From Epithemia pelagica (Eukaryota; Protista; Bacillariophyta), in NCBI GenBank assembly GCA_946965045.2, contig OX337228.1, positions 4,650,001-4,714,000 on the forward strand: a DNA stretch of 64,000 nucleotides, written 5' to 3'. Shown here piece after piece: positions 18,748 to 31,423 of this stretch (positions within the stretch are counted from its first letter, which is position 1; each line of letters starts with the position of its first letter). The notes below the pieces were generated by a model that made no database searches, was not told the origin of the DNA, and saw only the letters and a program-made list of their open reading frames with translations. Made by a program: the position numbers and the translations under genes.

Positions 18748-21700
18748 ATGCGCGGTTTGAACGCAGCAGGGTTACACTTCGTAACATTATTATGCATTGG
18801 AATCTTCACAAAGATTACCCCAGTCGAAACCAAAGCAGATCATGTCGGCTTTCTTCTCCCCAAGAATCTAAAGTCGTACGGCCACAAGGACAAAACAACA
18901 CAAACTTCTTTTATTGCAACGCCTGAATACCATGAAAATATTCAGTTTGAGGATAACCAGGAACTTAAATCAAACATCAACTCGATGCGGTATCAATACC
19001 GGAAGCTGAATACATCTCCGAGCTACATGATGCACAGAAAAACAAGTTCAAAGCTGGAGTCTAAGAAATCATCCCAAAGCTTCAAATACCCTAAGGAGGT
19101 ACACAAGAGCTCAAAAGAAGACGACAAAAGCTATTGGCCCTATCATGGGAAGAAGGAAACGTGGAAAGTTCCAACCAGTGCAAAAGGCCCGCAAAAAGAA
19201 AAAGAAGACAAATATGAAGATACACCAAAGAATGGATATTCAGAGACAAGGCGCCCAACTGCAAAGCCAGTAAGAGAACCCACCAGTAAGCCAACACAAG
19301 AACCGACTAGAAAACCTGTTCCTCAACCATCGCACAAACCAACGAACAGGCCCACGAAACGACCAACCGTGAAGCCAACTTCAAAACCGACCTTGCGACC
19401 TACATCTAAACCAACGCCAAAACCGACAGCAAAGCCGACGAGAACGCCCACTCCCAAGCCAACAGTAAAGCCGACGCCGAAACCGACGCCGAAACCAACT
19501 GTAAGGCCGACGCCGAAACCAACTGTAAAGCCGACGCCGAAACCAACACCGAGACCAACCGTAAAGCCGACGCCGAAACCAACGCCAAAGCCGACGCCGA
19601 AACCAACACCGAGACCAACTGTAAAGCCGACGCCGAAACCAACGCTAAAGCCGACGCCGAAGCCAACACCGAGACCAACCGTAAAGCCGACGCCGAAACC
19701 AACGCCAAAGCCGACGCCGAAACCAACACCGAGACCAACTGTAAAGCCGACGCCGAAACCAACGCCAAAGCCGACGCCGAAACCAACACCGAGACCAACT
19801 GTAAAGCCGACGCCGAAACCAACACCGAAACCGACGCCGAAGCCGACACCGAAGCCAACACCGAAGCCGACGCCGAAACCAACAGTAAAACCGACGCCGA
19901 AACCAACGCCCATACCTACCGCAAAGCCGACACCAGGGGCAACAGCAAAACCAACACGTGCCATATCCGAGAATCCCTCCAATTCCCCATCATTGTCTGG
20001 TATACCTTCTGAAGAACCAAGTGAGACTCCTTCAGAAAGCCCATCTACATCACCTAGTGACCATCCAAGTAGCCAACCCTCTGAATCGCCGTCGGAATCT
20101 CCCAGCGATGCTCCTTCTACATCACCGAGTGACCAGCCCTCTGAGTCTCCTTCTGAATCACCAAGCGAAAGCCCGTCAACATCGCCAAGTGACCTGCCAT
20201 CAGAATCCCCATCTGAATCGCCCAGCGATAGTCCATCTACATCCCCTAGTGACCATCCCTCTGAGTCGCCGTCGGAATCACCAAGTGAAAGTCCATCAAC
20301 GTCCCCAAGTGACCAGCCGTCAGAATCCCCGTCTGAGTCGCCCAGCGATAGTCCATCTACATCCCCTAGTGACCAACCAAGTAACCAACCCTCTGAGTCA
20401 CCAAGTGAAAGCCCCAGCGATACTCCTTCTATATCGCCGAGTGACCATCCCTCTGAGTCTCCATCTGAGTCACCAAGTGAAAGCCCGTCAACATCGCCAA
20501 GTGACCAGCCATCAGAATCCCCGTCTGAATCGCCCAGCGATAGTCCATCTACATCCCCTAGTGACCAACCAAGTGACCAACCCTCTGAGTCGCCGTCGGA
20601 ATCTCCCAGCGATACTCCTTCTACATCACCGAGTGACCAGCCCTCTGAGTCTCCTTCTGATTCACCAAGTGAAAGCCCGTCAATATCGCCAAGTGACCAA
20701 CCAAGTGAGCAGCCATCTGGATCGCCCAGCGATAGTCCATCTACATCCCCTAGTGACCAACCCTCTGAGTCGCCGTCGGAATCACCAAGTGAAAGTCCAT
20801 CAACGTCCCCAAGTGACCAGCCGTCAGAATCCCCGTCTGAGTCGCCCAGCGATAGTCCATCTACATCCCCTAGTGACCAACCAAGTAACCAACCCTCTGA
20901 GTCACCAAGTGAAAGCCCCAGCGATACTCCTTCTATATCGCCGAGTGACCATCCCTCTGAGTCTCCATCTGAGTCACCAAGTGAAAGCCCGTCAACATCG
21001 CCAAGTGACCAGCCATCAGAATCCCCGTCTGAATCGCCCAGCGATAGTCCATCTACATCCCCTAGTGACCAACCAAGTAACCAACCCTCTGAGTCGCCGT
21101 CGGAATCTCCCAGCGATACTCCTTCTACATCACCGAGTGACCAACCCTCTGAGTCTCCATCTGAGTCACCAAGCGAAAGCCCGTCAACATCGCCAAGTGA
21201 CCAACCAAGTGAGCAGCCATCTGAATCGCCCAGCGATAGTCCATCTACATCCCCTAGTGACCAACCCTCTGAGTCGCCGTCGGAATCACCTAGTGAAAGT
21301 CCATCAACGTCCCCAAGCGATCAGCCATCTGAGTCACCATCAGATTCTCCCAGTGAAAGTCCGTCGACATCACCGAGTAATCAACCATCTGTTTCTCCCT
21401 CAGAGGGCCCCAGTGAAAGTCCCTCGACATCACCAAGTGTTCAACCGTCAGAGGCTCCGTCGGAGTCTGTCCAACCTAGTGGGACACCGTCAGAAACGGT
21501 GTCACCACTTCCTTCGCTCTCACCTTCGTCGATGCCTAGTCAAAGTCCCACGACTTCAAACCTTCCTAGTGTGCAGCCTTCTGAGACACCTTCGACGCCT
21601 CCTTCGACATCCCCTAGTGACCAACCATCTGACCAACCATCGGAAACCCCAACCGAAAGTCCGTCTGAATCACCTAGTGAAAGTCCGTCCACAGCGCCGA

Positions 21701-23142
21701 GTGATCAACCTTCTGATACTCCGTCAGAATCACCTAGTGAAAGTCCATCGACTACGCCAAGTAATCAACCGTCGACCTCCCCGAGTGAGCAGCCATCTGA
21801 AAGCCCATCGACATCTCCCAGTGAAAGTCCATCAACATCGCCCAGTGACAGTCCATCTGAGTCGCCGTCCGAATCTCCCAGTGAAAGTCCGTCAACATCG
21901 CCCAGTGATAGTCCATCTGAGTCGCCGTCCGAATCTCCCAGCGAAAGTCCTTCAACATCGCCCAGTGATAGTCCATCTGAGTCACCATCAAATTCTCCAA
22001 GTGAAAGTCCGTCCTCAACACCAAGTGATCAACCAAGTGAGCAGCCATCAGAAAGCCCATCGACATCGCCCAGTGAAAGTCCGTCAACATCGCCCAGTGA
22101 TAGTCCATCTGAGTCGCCGTCCGAATCTCCCAGCGAAAGTCCTTCAACATCGCCCAGTGATAGTCCATCTGAGTCACCATCAAATTCTCCAAGTGAAAGT
22201 CCGTCCTCAACACCAAGTGATCAACCAAGTGAGCAGCCATCAGAAAGCCCATCGGCATCTCCCAGTGAAAGTCCATCAACATCGCCCAGTGACAGTCCAT
22301 CTGAGTCGCCGTCCGAATCTCCCAGCGAAAGTCCATCAACATCGCCCAGTGATAGTCCATCTGAGTCACCATCAAATTCTCCAAGTGAAAGTCCGTCCTC
22401 AACACCAAGTGATCAACCAAGTGAGCAGCCATCAGATAGCCCATCGACATCGCCCAGTGAAAGTCCGTCAACATCGCCCAGTGATAGTCCATCTGAGTCG
22501 CCGTCCGAATCTCCCAGCGAAAGTCCTTCAACATCGCCCAGTGATAGTCCATCTGAGTCACCATCAAATTCTCCAAGTGAAAGTCCGTCCTCAACACCAA
22601 GTGATCAACCAAGTGAGCAGCCATCAGAAAGCCCATCGGCATCTCCCAGTGAAAGTCCATCAACATCGCCCAGTGATAGTCCATCTGAGTCGCCGTCCGA
22701 ATCTCCCAGCGAAAGTCCATCAACATCACCAAGTAATCAGCCATCTGAGTCTCCATCCGTTTCCTTTCAACCAAGTGGAACCCCGTCAGAAACGTTGTCA
22801 CCGCTTCCATCACTCTCGCCATCATCGATGCCAAGTGAAAGTCCTTCGATCTCATCCAATCCCAGTGAGCAACCTTCGGACCAACCTTCCAGTGTTCCAA
22901 GTTCGTCGCCATCGGTATCCCCGTCATTCCAACCTTCGGACCAACCGTCCAGGGTTCCAAGTTCGTCGCCATCAGTTTCTCCGTCATTCCAACCTTCTGT
23001 CCAGCCATCGACTATGCCTTCGACAATTCCGTCTGCCCAGCCAAGTGGCAAGAAGAAGAGTGGCAAAGGAATGGATACACAACGACGACGACGAAGAAGA
23101 AGGGACCAGGAGGAGGAGGACGACGACGACTACTATTTTTAA
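18748..23142 (+). CDS. Secreted mucin/extensin-like protein with KPTP and SPSE/SPSD repeats
   Basis: 1464-aa ORF: signal peptide, K/S/Y-rich N-terminus, (KPTP)n, about 1000 aa of PSxxPS repeats, tail KKKSGKG...R7...[10 protein letters not shown]. Confidence 0.85.
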   Translation: MRGLNAAGLHFVTLLCIGIFTKITPVETKADHVGFLLPKNLKSYGHKDKTTQTSFIATPEYHENIQFEDNQELKSNINSMRYQYRKLNTSPSYMMHRKTSSKLESKKSSQSFKYPKEVHKSSKEDDKSYWPYHGKKETWKVPTSAKGPQKEKEDKYEDTPKNGYSETRRPTAKPVREPTSKPTQEPTRKPVPQPSHKPTNRPTKRPTVKPTSKPTLRPTSKPTPKPTAKPTRTPTPKPTVKPTPKPTPKPTVRPTPKPTVKPTPKPTPRPTVKPTPKPTPKPTPKPTPRPTVKPTPKPTLKPTPKPTPRPTVKPTPKPTPKPTPKPTPRPTVKPTPKPTPKPTPKPTPRPTVKPTPKPTPKPTPKPTPKPTPKPTPKPTVKPTPKPTPIPTAKPTPGATAKPTRAISENPSNSPSLSGIPSEEPSETPSESPSTSPSDHPSSQPSESPSESPSDAPSTSPSDQPSESPSESPSESPSTSPSDLPSESPSESPSDSPSTSPSDHPSESPSESPSESPSTSPSDQPSESPSESPSDSPSTSPSDQPSNQPSESPSESPSDTPSISPSDHPSESPSESPSESPSTSPSDQPSESPSESPSDSPSTSPSDQPSDQPSESPSESPSDTPSTSPSDQPSESPSDSPSESPSISPSDQPSEQPSGSPSDSPSTSPSDQPSESPSESPSESPSTSPSDQPSESPSESPSDSPSTSPSDQPSNQPSESPSESPSDTPSISPSDHPSESPSESPSESPSTSPSDQPSESPSESPSDSPSTSPSDQPSNQPSESPSESPSDTPSTSPSDQPSESPSESPSESPSTSPSDQPSEQPSESPSDSPSTSPSDQPSESPSESPSESPSTSPSDQPSESPSDSPSESPSTSPSNQPSVSPSEGPSESPSTSPSVQPSEAPSESVQPSGTPSETVSPLPSLSPSSMPSQSPTTSNLPSVQPSETPSTPPSTSPSDQPSDQPSETPTESPSESPSESPSTAPSDQPSDTPSESPSESPSTTPSNQPSTSPSEQPSESPSTSPSESPSTSPSDSPSESPSESPSESPSTSPSDSPSESPSESPSESPSTSPSDSPSESPSNSPSESPSSTPSDQPSEQPSESPSTSPSESPSTSPSDSPSESPSESPSESPSTSPSDSPSESPSNSPSESPSSTPSDQPSEQPSESPSASPSESPSTSPSDSPSESPSESPSESPSTSPSDSPSESPSNSPSESPSSTPSDQPSEQPSDSPSTSPSESPSTSPSDSPSESPSESPSESPSTSPSDSPSESPSNSPSESPSSTPSDQPSEQPSESPSASPSESPSTSPSDSPSESPSESPSESPSTSPSNQPSESPSVSFQPSGTPSETLSPLPSLSPSSMPSESPSISSNPSEQPSDQPSSVPSSSPSVSPSFQPSDQPSRVPSSSPSVSPSFQPSVQPSTMPSTIPSAQPSGKKKSGKGMDTQRRRRRRRDQEEEDDDDYYF
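21830..22740 (+). repeat. 192-bp (64-codon) higher-order coding repeat
   Basis: ccaagtgatcaaccaagtgagcagccatca recurs at 22021, 22213, 22405 and 22597. Confidence 0.85.
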
Positions 23143-23602
23143 ACTGTCACGCAATGTGTTGATATTTCATGAACAATTCTGTTTTGTACTGTCGACTGTC
23201 GGGCCACGGAAATGGTCCTGTTTGAACTCACTCCAACTACAATTAAAAAATTACAATATTCCATATTCCTAGCATAGGGTTGATGTCCTACATATTCGCA
23301 CTCTTAGGGATTACTCCTACTCATTACCCCTCTCAAGGTTACCGAGGTTACCTACCTAGGCGATGGGAACGCCTTAGCACTTAGCACGCCTTGACGATTT
23401 ACATTGATATTTCTTAACAAAAGTTTTCTGTATAGAAAAGATTGGGATCACTGAGGAGTAGTTGTCAACAGCTCGGCGCTATTATGCTGTGACACTGACA
23501 CATTCGTGATTCTTAAGTCATACTTCTCTGTATTGTCGCGTTGCAGATGACATCGCAACCGCATCAAGTATTAAGCTTACTCGTTCTCAACAAATAGACG
23601 GG

Positions 23603-26079
23603 GTGAGGACAGTAAGGATGAAATCTTCCACATTTCAACATGATGGGATATGCGTCCGCTCGAAACAAAGGAGGTTTCTTTCCATCGTTCTGCTAATCGC
23701 GATGAACATGTTCTTGCCCCTTCTAGTTCGACGTCATCTATATTTTGGCGTTTTGTCCTTTTCTATGCCTCCCTCAAATACACGGCGGCAGATCGAACAA
23801 GGAAATGAGTGCAATCTCTTTCTTTATGCAACAGCACGTCGCGTCACATCAAGGTATGCCTCGATTCAAAGCACGCAATGCTGTCGAATAGTCTCTCGTC
23901 GTTGTTCTTTGGTGGTGATGCAGGGCCAACAGAGTCAAGAGCACCAAAACCCAACCGAACAGAACAGTACTACGATCCGTATCAACTCAGACCTAAATGA
24001 CACTCTGGGAGAAGTGTCTTCATCTTCGCAACTCACAACCACTCGGCGGTTTCGTCGTTTGCGGAGACTCTCCTTACGTCAATCAAGGAGAAAAAAGATT
24101 CCAGGTGCCAAAGTTGATCGGAGCCCCCGTTTGACTGCCTTGAGACAGTGGCCAGGAAGTCGGGCAGTGCGAATATACACCGAGTACGCCGGTCGTTTAT
24201 GGAACGAAACGAATACAGAAGCCCGAAGGCGTATTGCACGTGATAAGGCTGCGGCGGCCGTTCGGCAAGTACAACAAATCCTTCTCATTCAGCAGCAGCA
24301 ACAACAACAGTCGGAGTCATCGACGTCACTCACTGCATCCATCATGAATAATAAAGACAAAGAAGTCCCTCAAGAGCTGGGCTATGATGATCCACAGAAG
24401 GTACAAGCGCTCTTGGAAGCGTGCCATGAGTTTCTCGAGCAACACGACAACTACAAGACGAAGACGAAGGACAATGCAAAGCGAAATTCCATCACTCCAT
24501 CAAATCCGAAAACTAACGGAAAGATGGGTCTTAGCACCTATTCGCTACAACCACTGCCGACCAAGGATACTGCATCGGAGATCGATAGAAACCAAGCCAT
24601 TGCGACATCAGTAACATCATCCGTAAACGAGACCCCACTTGCCGCGTCATCCGTTTTCAAAAATGTGCAAGACACAACAGGTTCCAATGGAGTTCATAGC
24701 GAAGAGACAAGATCTGGGCTCTCGCCAAGCTACAACCAGGTGACATCTCGGGAAGATACTGAAAAACAAACGATGTCCACAACGCTTACATCGACAAAAG
24801 AGCCTATTGCCAGTGAATCTACCCCTGATTCCATGGGGCAAGGCGTTGTAGAGGAAACTCGTCCAAGTATCATAGGTCACGATGAATCAGGGAGGCGAGT
24901 CGAACCTGCTGTAGTGCTTGACGAGTTATCTTCCATTTCACAAGAGATGAAAACAAAAAGTACTGCTCTGGCGACTCGATCAGGTGAAGTGGTATCAGAA
25001 GCGTCATCATCTTTTCTCGAAAAGAAGCCAAAGAAGAAGCGGGGACGACGTTCCATTTTATTCGGTGCTTTGATGGGTGTTGTTGTGGCTTGCTGGGTCT
25101 TTTCGGGAAATTATATCTTTACCGGATTGTTCACTCTCATGACCATTTTGGGACAACTGGAGTATTATCGCATGGTCATCAATACCGGAGTGTATCCAGC
25201 ACGCCGTATCAGCATCGTGGGGGCGAGTTCAATGTTCTTGACGGCCTTGTTTTGTCCGCAACACCACCAAATTATCTTGCCGCTCTTTGGTTTATGGGCG
25301 ATGATATGGTTTTTGACTATGAAGCGAACTGTAACGACCATACCAGAAATTGCCACAACATTTACAGGTATGTTTTACTTGGGCTATGTCCCCTCATTTT
25401 GGGTTCGTACTCGCCTTATTGGTTTGGGACGGGAGCCTACTCGTTTGGCACCAATAGTAGAGCCATGGTTGAACCTTTTGCACAAACAAGCAGAAGGAAG
25501 TCTTCCGCCTGCTGCATTGGGGGCAGTTCATTTGCCGATCACCACTGGAGCCATCTTCATTTTCTGGACATGGCTATGCTTGGCGTTTTCTGATGTTGCT
25601 GCCTACTTTGTGGGCAAGAATCTGGGACGAACTCCTATTGGGAAACTGGCCCCTGCCGCCGGTGCAACAAGTCCAAATAAAACTGTTGAAGGAGTTATTG
25701 GAGGTTGTGTCGTTAGTGCTCTGTTGGGAATCTGCGGTAAGTTTAAATGCACGAACAATGAAAAACCAGTTTGGTTCGTTTTCTAACTGTTTTTAATCCG
25801 TACATAAAATGACTTTGTTGTGCAGGGGCGTGGGTCCAGAAATGGCCGTACTGGTTTGTAACTGGAATGATACATGGCGCATTGCTGGGCATGTTGGGGT
25901 TAATAGGTGATCTGACGGCCTCGATGATCAAGCGAGATGCAGGTATTAAAGATTTTGGTGATTTGATTCCTGAACACGGTGGTATATTGGACCGTGTTGA
26001 CAGCTTTGTTTGGTCGGCTCCATATTCCTGGCTCGTCTGCCACACAATCATCCCTGCATTGAAGAACGCGTTTCGATGA
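23603..26079 (+). CDS. Phosphatidate cytidylyltransferase (CDP-diacylglycerol synthase), intron 25737-25825
   Basis: SDVAAYFVGK, SPNKTVEG and, after splicing, GDLTASMIKRDAGIKDFGDLIPEHGGILDRVDS. The GTAAGT...TGCAG intron joins the exons in frame (ICGAWVQKW). Start uncertain. Confidence 0.9.
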
Positions 26080-26688
26080 CAATGGTGATTCAAGTTTGAG
26101 ACGACCAGCTCCGCAACGCAATGAAATCGTATTGTTGAGGACAGTCACACTCTGAGACGTGATAGTAGCATGACACTGATGGGAGTGTAATCCGTTTCCC
26201 TTTGGTGGGACGACGTGTGCATTGATGGTCCAAAGCTAACAGTAGCAACTCAGTTACACGGAATCTCAACGAATGAAGTTCGGTTCCCAATGATTCAAAT
26301 TTGGGCTACAACTCTGTGTCATCCTCACTGATGCTGGATATGGATAGATGGATAATCAACGGGACCGGAATTGAGTAAGGAGTACCATGGGAAAACGTGT
26401 TTATCCTGATCTATATTAAACATTTTTCTACATAACCCCTTCTCTGTTTTCTTCATCGTCCCACATGCAAAATGTAACGCAATACGAATACATAAAAGAA
26501 CTGTACTTGGGAAAGATCCACAAATTAAGCTCGTGTGATATTTAAAGCGATCGGTTTGCCGGAAAGTATGTGCAATGTCCATGAGTAGAATACCGATGGT
26601 ATGAGATGAAGCACGTGCCAATCAACCACGAGACAAAAACATCGAAATGAAACAAACAATGCATCCTCTCTATGTGCCTTCACTACGT

Positions 26689-28890
26689 TCAACCGTCCGA
26701 CATGAGGAACTCAAACAGCTGATCATCCACAACGTCTGTATTCCAAAAATCCTCTGGACCACCCAACGACATACCACGGTTTCTTCCTCCTACAGCAGCA
26801 CCAGGTGCGAGTGTCTGCTGTGGTCCTTGTTGCTCGTCAGAAGATCCTGCAGCAGCCGTGGTTGCACCTGCTGCAGCAGGAGATGCGACAGGGTTTGGGA
26901 TAGATGTTCCATCTCCTCCTACTGGGGCTGGAGGTGGCATGAGGTCACCTCCAGTTGGCGCCGGATGTTGAGCCAAAGCCGCTGCCGCAACCGCATCCAA
27001 GGGTGACTGCGCGGGCACGTAAGATCCACCCGCAGGTTTGCTGTGTCCTGCAGTACTGGCACTGCTGTATTTGTCTAATTCCTGTTGTTTCAATGCTCGC
27101 ATCTTTGTTTGGAAAAGCATTTGTGCATTCATTTCGCGCTTCATGATAGTGTTTTCTTCCAAGTTTGTTCGTGTAGAAGGATTGTTCGCAGGAGTCGAAG
27201 AACCAGCAGCTGTCGCCGCCGTATTCAGCGGATCCAAAACAACCGCAGGTGATTCACCAGGTGCGGGAGCAGTCGAAAGGATCGAGGATGGTTGCCCCGA
27301 AACAAATGAGTTGTAGACTGCGGCAACAGGGACGTTTGAGTTCTGCTGTTGTTTCGTAGCTGCAGCCGCTGCTTCGACTGCAGCAACTTCAGCCACTCGT
27401 TGGGCCATCAGCTGCTGCTTGAGTGAAAAGAACAGTCCCATGAGATACCCCATGGCGGCACCAATAGGAGATTTCTTTTCAAGTTCTGTAAGGCGGGGAA
27501 ACATAAGAGTGTCTTGTTGCTGCGGAGTAGATGATTCTATCGAATCCACAGTTTTCTTTCCTTTTGATTTGGTACCTTGATGCTGTGGATCATTTTCCGT
27601 CGGAACTGGGGTCGCTGAAGTTGATTCCGAGGTTGATACAGCCCCCACTGGAACTGGTGATGGTTGTGCACTGTGAGCCTGCTGGGATGGATCGGAGCTA
27701 CCTTCCGTTGTTGCTGTCGTTTGAGACGATTCCATTGATTTGAACGCCAAATGCCCAGCGACTTGTCCACCCGACAAGGATGTTGCGCCATCCGAAGTGG
27801 AAGACTGGAATCTCTTCAAGGAGGCATCATAGGATGCCATAAACTCTTTCTTGGACTTGACGCGGTGCAATCGATACTTTTGCAAATGCGACTTGATCCG
27901 TTCCGTGGTGATTTGTTCGTGCTTTGGCATTTGTTCAAGAAGCGTCGATGGACTTGAATGTTTGAGACCAACATCAAAAATCGCTGCCACGAAATCACGA
28001 TGCAGTTCTTCTGGCCATGAAAAGCGCTTGGACCAACGTCCATCGTTGTTGGAGCTACCACCGCCGCTTGTTCCCTTGGAAGAAGCTTGCTCGGCTGCTC
28101 GCTCGTTGCTACTAGCATCACTGCCTGTGCTTGCTCCACTTTTCCGCCGTGATTTGTTGGACCTTCCACCACCGGAACTGACAGCCCCCACGGCGGCAGC
28201 CATTACACCCAAACCTCCTCCATCGGAGGCCTCGCGTAAGGTGCGTTTCCGTAAAGACCGACCTGAGGACGTGGTCATGGAGGCTGTTGCTGAACCAGCA
28301 AGGGCCGTCGTGCTGGCGATATTCTCGGGTGTTGGAGTGGCTTCAATGTAATTGTTCGGTGCTGCTAAATGGCTTGGTGTGGTAGCCGCAGTCAAGGGGT
28401 TCATGGTGGTGGTTGTCGTTGTCATCATGGGATCTGCTACACCTGTGGTAGGTGCAGCGGCAGTGGTGGTGACAAGTTGGTATTCCGTTGGAAGTGGAGG
28501 AACTGGAATGGTACTAACATTTGGAGTAGTCATATTCTTTGGTGCGCTCGGCCAGGCATTCGCTGCCGCGTAATATCCTGCATTGGCGGCAGCCACAGCA
28601 GCGGCTGCCACAGCACTTGCGTCCGCTGGATGGGGTGCAGCGGCCGTGGCTCCTGTCATACTTTCATAGACTTGCATCAAGCTTGGTACCACCGATTCGC
28701 CGACAACAGTCTCGGCTGTTGTGGTGGTAGTGGATGTTAAGGGGTTGAACGGTGGGGGAACGGGATTTTCGTTGGTGGGGCCTACTCCTTCAGACGTAGT
28801 TCCAGATGCTGTGAGTGTGGCCGAGTTGGTGGCTGTCGATGTTGCGGTGGGATGATTCTCCACGTGATTCTGTAGCTCCGATGACGACAT
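26689..28890 (-). CDS. GARP/Myb (SHAQKYF-class) transcription factor
   Basis: RFSWPEELHRDFVAAIFDVG...ITTERIKSHLQKYR within low-complexity A/S/T/Q sequence. ORF is open to 28938. Confidence 0.88.
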   Translation of the reverse strand: MSSSELQNHVENHPTATSTATNSATLTASGTTSEGVGPTNENPVPPPFNPLTSTTTTTAETVVGESVVPSLMQVYESMTGATAAAPHPADASAVAAAAVAAANAGYYAAANAWPSAPKNMTTPNVSTIPVPPLPTEYQLVTTTAAAPTTGVADPMMTTTTTTMNPLTAATTPSHLAAPNNYIEATPTPENIASTTALAGSATASMTTSSGRSLRKRTLREASDGGGLGVMAAAVGAVSSGGGRSNKSRRKSGASTGSDASSNERAAEQASSKGTSGGGSSNNDGRWSKRFSWPEELHRDFVAAIFDVGLKHSSPSTLLEQMPKHEQITTERIKSHLQKYRLHRVKSKKEFMASYDASLKRFQSSTSDGATSLSGGQVAGHLAFKSMESSQTTATTEGSSDPSQQAHSAQPSPVPVGAVSTSESTSATPVPTENDPQHQGTKSKGKKTVDSIESSTPQQQDTLMFPRLTELEKKSPIGAAMGYLMGLFFSLKQQLMAQRVAEVAAVEAAAAATKQQQNSNVPVAAVYNSFVSGQPSSILSTAPAPGESPAVVLDPLNTAATAAGSSTPANNPSTRTNLEENTIMKREMNAQMLFQTKMRALKQQELDKYSSASTAGHSKPAGGSYVPAQSPLDAVAAAALAQHPAPTGGDLMPPPAPVGGDGTSIPNPVASPAAAGATTAAAGSSDEQQGPQQTLAPGAAVGGRNRGMSLGGPEDFWNTDVVDDQLFEFLMSDG

Positions 28891-29965
28891 TACTCCTTTT
28901 CCAGAGCAACAAGGACTGGCACTATCGATGGATTGCAACCAGCGAGCGCCGCAGCGGAACCGATTCTATCAAAGATATATGCAAATACCTCTCAGTTCAT
29001 TTAACTCCAGTCGACTGGGAAGTGACAGATAATAAGAAACCTTCGATGATTCTTTCTCAAAAGGGGATGGTGGGTGACCCTGTTGATGCCAACACTGAGA
29101 GCTCTGAGTGATGGTAACAATGAATTCAGCCAACAGAACGCAAGTACTTTAGTTTGGATTGCCAGCTGCCTGGTTCCTCGGTTGAACGAAGCACGAGACT
29201 AATATGAAAGGCACTGGTATCGGACGAGACCGTCTTGTCCTTGCAGGATCTCCTCTTGCTAGAACCCGACGATCAATGGAGGTTCTTGGATTGCGCCTGT
29301 GTACCGCTGAAGTGTATCTTGCGAGTTCCGAAAATGAAAGACGAGAACCCCCAGCTTATGTCAACAGGGCCAACGATATGACACTCAACGAGAACACCTC
29401 ACAACCATAAAGAGTGCCCTATCGGCCGCTTTGTAGATATTGCTTGGTCTTTGGCCAAGAGACACAATGCAAATCCCAATGGCCGCATCGATGATGGATG
29501 GAGCTTGGCGCAATCGAGCGAGGTTTGTGTTGTCCGTCTTGTGTTGTGGTGTGGTGTGTACGTAACGAATCTCCAGCTGTATGGAGCGATTCCCTGAATC
29601 TGTGGAGCATACAAAAGAATCTTGAAGTCCCAAAGCTTTCCTACAGAGTGGGCTATAGTGGAGGATTGAGATTTCGGAGTGCCACAAAGAGTACTGTGAA
29701 CGCAAGCAGAAGTAAGAGGCGTAGAGATAGCTAATAGGAGTCGCTAGCTAGAGCTAGGTAGGCCCAGCTCATGACGAAGGGCACCATGACCATGGACATC
29801 CATGGCAGCTCGATAGGAAGGACTACGAGAACGAGAGTACTCATGTGCGTTGCTCGTACTCCATCATAGGTATGGTGGTGCTCTCCCTGGAAAGGAAGTC
29901 TTATCAAGGGGTAACGACTTAGTAACCACAGACTTTGAGCAACATTCAAAAAGCCTGTTAGGTAG

Positions 29966-30772
29966 TCAGCGTACACGTGATAGGAATGCGAGGCTTTGTG
30001 TACAGTCAAAGAAGAAACTGAAAGGTTTTGATACATGATCGTCATCATCATCATTCTCTTCCATCAACGACCAAGTCGATGAACGACGCAGAGTCAGTGC
30101 GTTCCGTCCCATGGACGACGAACTCATAGACAATGTCGGAGAACGGGTAACGAAGCTGTCTTTTCTATCTCTCAAATGATCCACGCATTGTTTCTCATGT
30201 ATGGTGCTGTTCGTTGGGATATTTTCCGGACAACAACACAAAGTCGCACAAGGTTGCACGTGCATAGTTGTCTTGGCTGGTGGATCTTTGCGCTTGTCCA
30301 ATGTATTGTCAGTGCCACCTTGATTCGCTGAGAGAGAAGGCCTTCCTTTGTCCCAGGCTCCTTCAGTCTTTTGATTTGGCGGTATTGGATGCAGCTGTTG
30401 GGATGACTCACCCAATTTTAACCATTGCTCCACCTTTTCAGAGCTACCGCTACCGGGCCAGATGGAGTCATGTTCACGTTGCAGCTTTTTCGTTCGAGGA
30501 AAAGGATGTCGTGTCAGAAATCGACGAGGTCGTTTCAAGAGATCCAAATGCCGATCAATTTCCTGACGTGATGTTGGTCCAGAGAGTTCATTGAATGGTT
30601 GTTGTCGTTCCGGACTGGTTGAACGGAAATCATTTTCATGCAAGAATTTGGCGGAGGCGTTGCAGAAGGTCGTTGGTTCTCCAACCATACTCTCAGTTTT
30701 GAAGTCGTTGTGGTGGGCGAATTTCATGGGATCGGGAGTAGTAGAAGTGAGAGGTAAAATGACATGTAGCAA
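29966..30772 (-). CDS. Hypothetical protein
   Basis: 268-aa ORF, no recognisable domain, flanked by intergenic-looking sequence. Confidence 0.5.
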   Translation of the reverse strand: MLHVILPLTSTTPDPMKFAHHNDFKTESMVGEPTTFCNASAKFLHENDFRSTSPERQQPFNELSGPTSRQEIDRHLDLLKRPRRFLTRHPFPRTKKLQREHDSIWPGSGSSEKVEQWLKLGESSQQLHPIPPNQKTEGAWDKGRPSLSANQGGTDNTLDKRKDPPAKTTMHVQPCATLCCCPENIPTNSTIHEKQCVDHLRDRKDSFVTRSPTLSMSSSSMGRNALTLRRSSTWSLMEENDDDDDHVSKPFSFFFDCTQSLAFLSRVR

Positions 30773-31423
30773 ATTGTGGATGGAGAGGATCGATCGATCG
30801 ATCGTGTGAGAGTGGTTTGATGTCGCGGTTCGCGGTCTTATCGTCGGGCGATAGGCTTAAATGTTCTTTTGTCCGAAACCGGGACTTGGGTTTGGGGGAA
30901 CTCGTGTGGGGTGAGGGGATTGGGCTACGACAATAATCCATAGCAGTATAATATTATGGTCCAACAGGCGTAGAGCGTAAGAACAAATGCCAATGAAAAG
31001 ATACCCAGCTACCTGCCTAGGTACGGTAGAATGATAATGACCATAGCCATGTTGCTCCTAGGAGTATCATATTTCAATAATGATGATGGTCAAACCCAAT
31101 GGTAGCGCAGCTCTTCAGTCAACAAGAACTACCTTAGTTTCACTGCTGTTTCCACCAAACTTCTTGTCCAAGATCTGTTGATTGCCCCCCTATTGCGTAA
31201 CGAAAAATCCGCCGACAAGCAACTGTAGACTTCTCCCAACCAAGCAATCGCGCACACATCCATAATAGAATGGTCATGCAACAAATGGATGCAGCCAAGT
31301 GGGCCCGTTTGTAACCGTGGTTGCTGTACAGGGAGACGAAGCCATTGAAGATCGACACGACCCTGACCGGGTTCTCCGCACATCAGTCTTGAGAGAGTCA
31401 AGCTCATGTGCGAGTATGTAGGG

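Noticed and set aside
19400-22740. CRISPR-like array
   Set aside because: Repeats are contiguous in-frame coding units without unique spacers, and no cas genes are present.
19958-23272. 1104-aa alternative-frame ORF and antisense ORFs over the mucin-like gene
   Set aside because: Stop-free frames are expected from 12-bp repeat units; composition is implausible.
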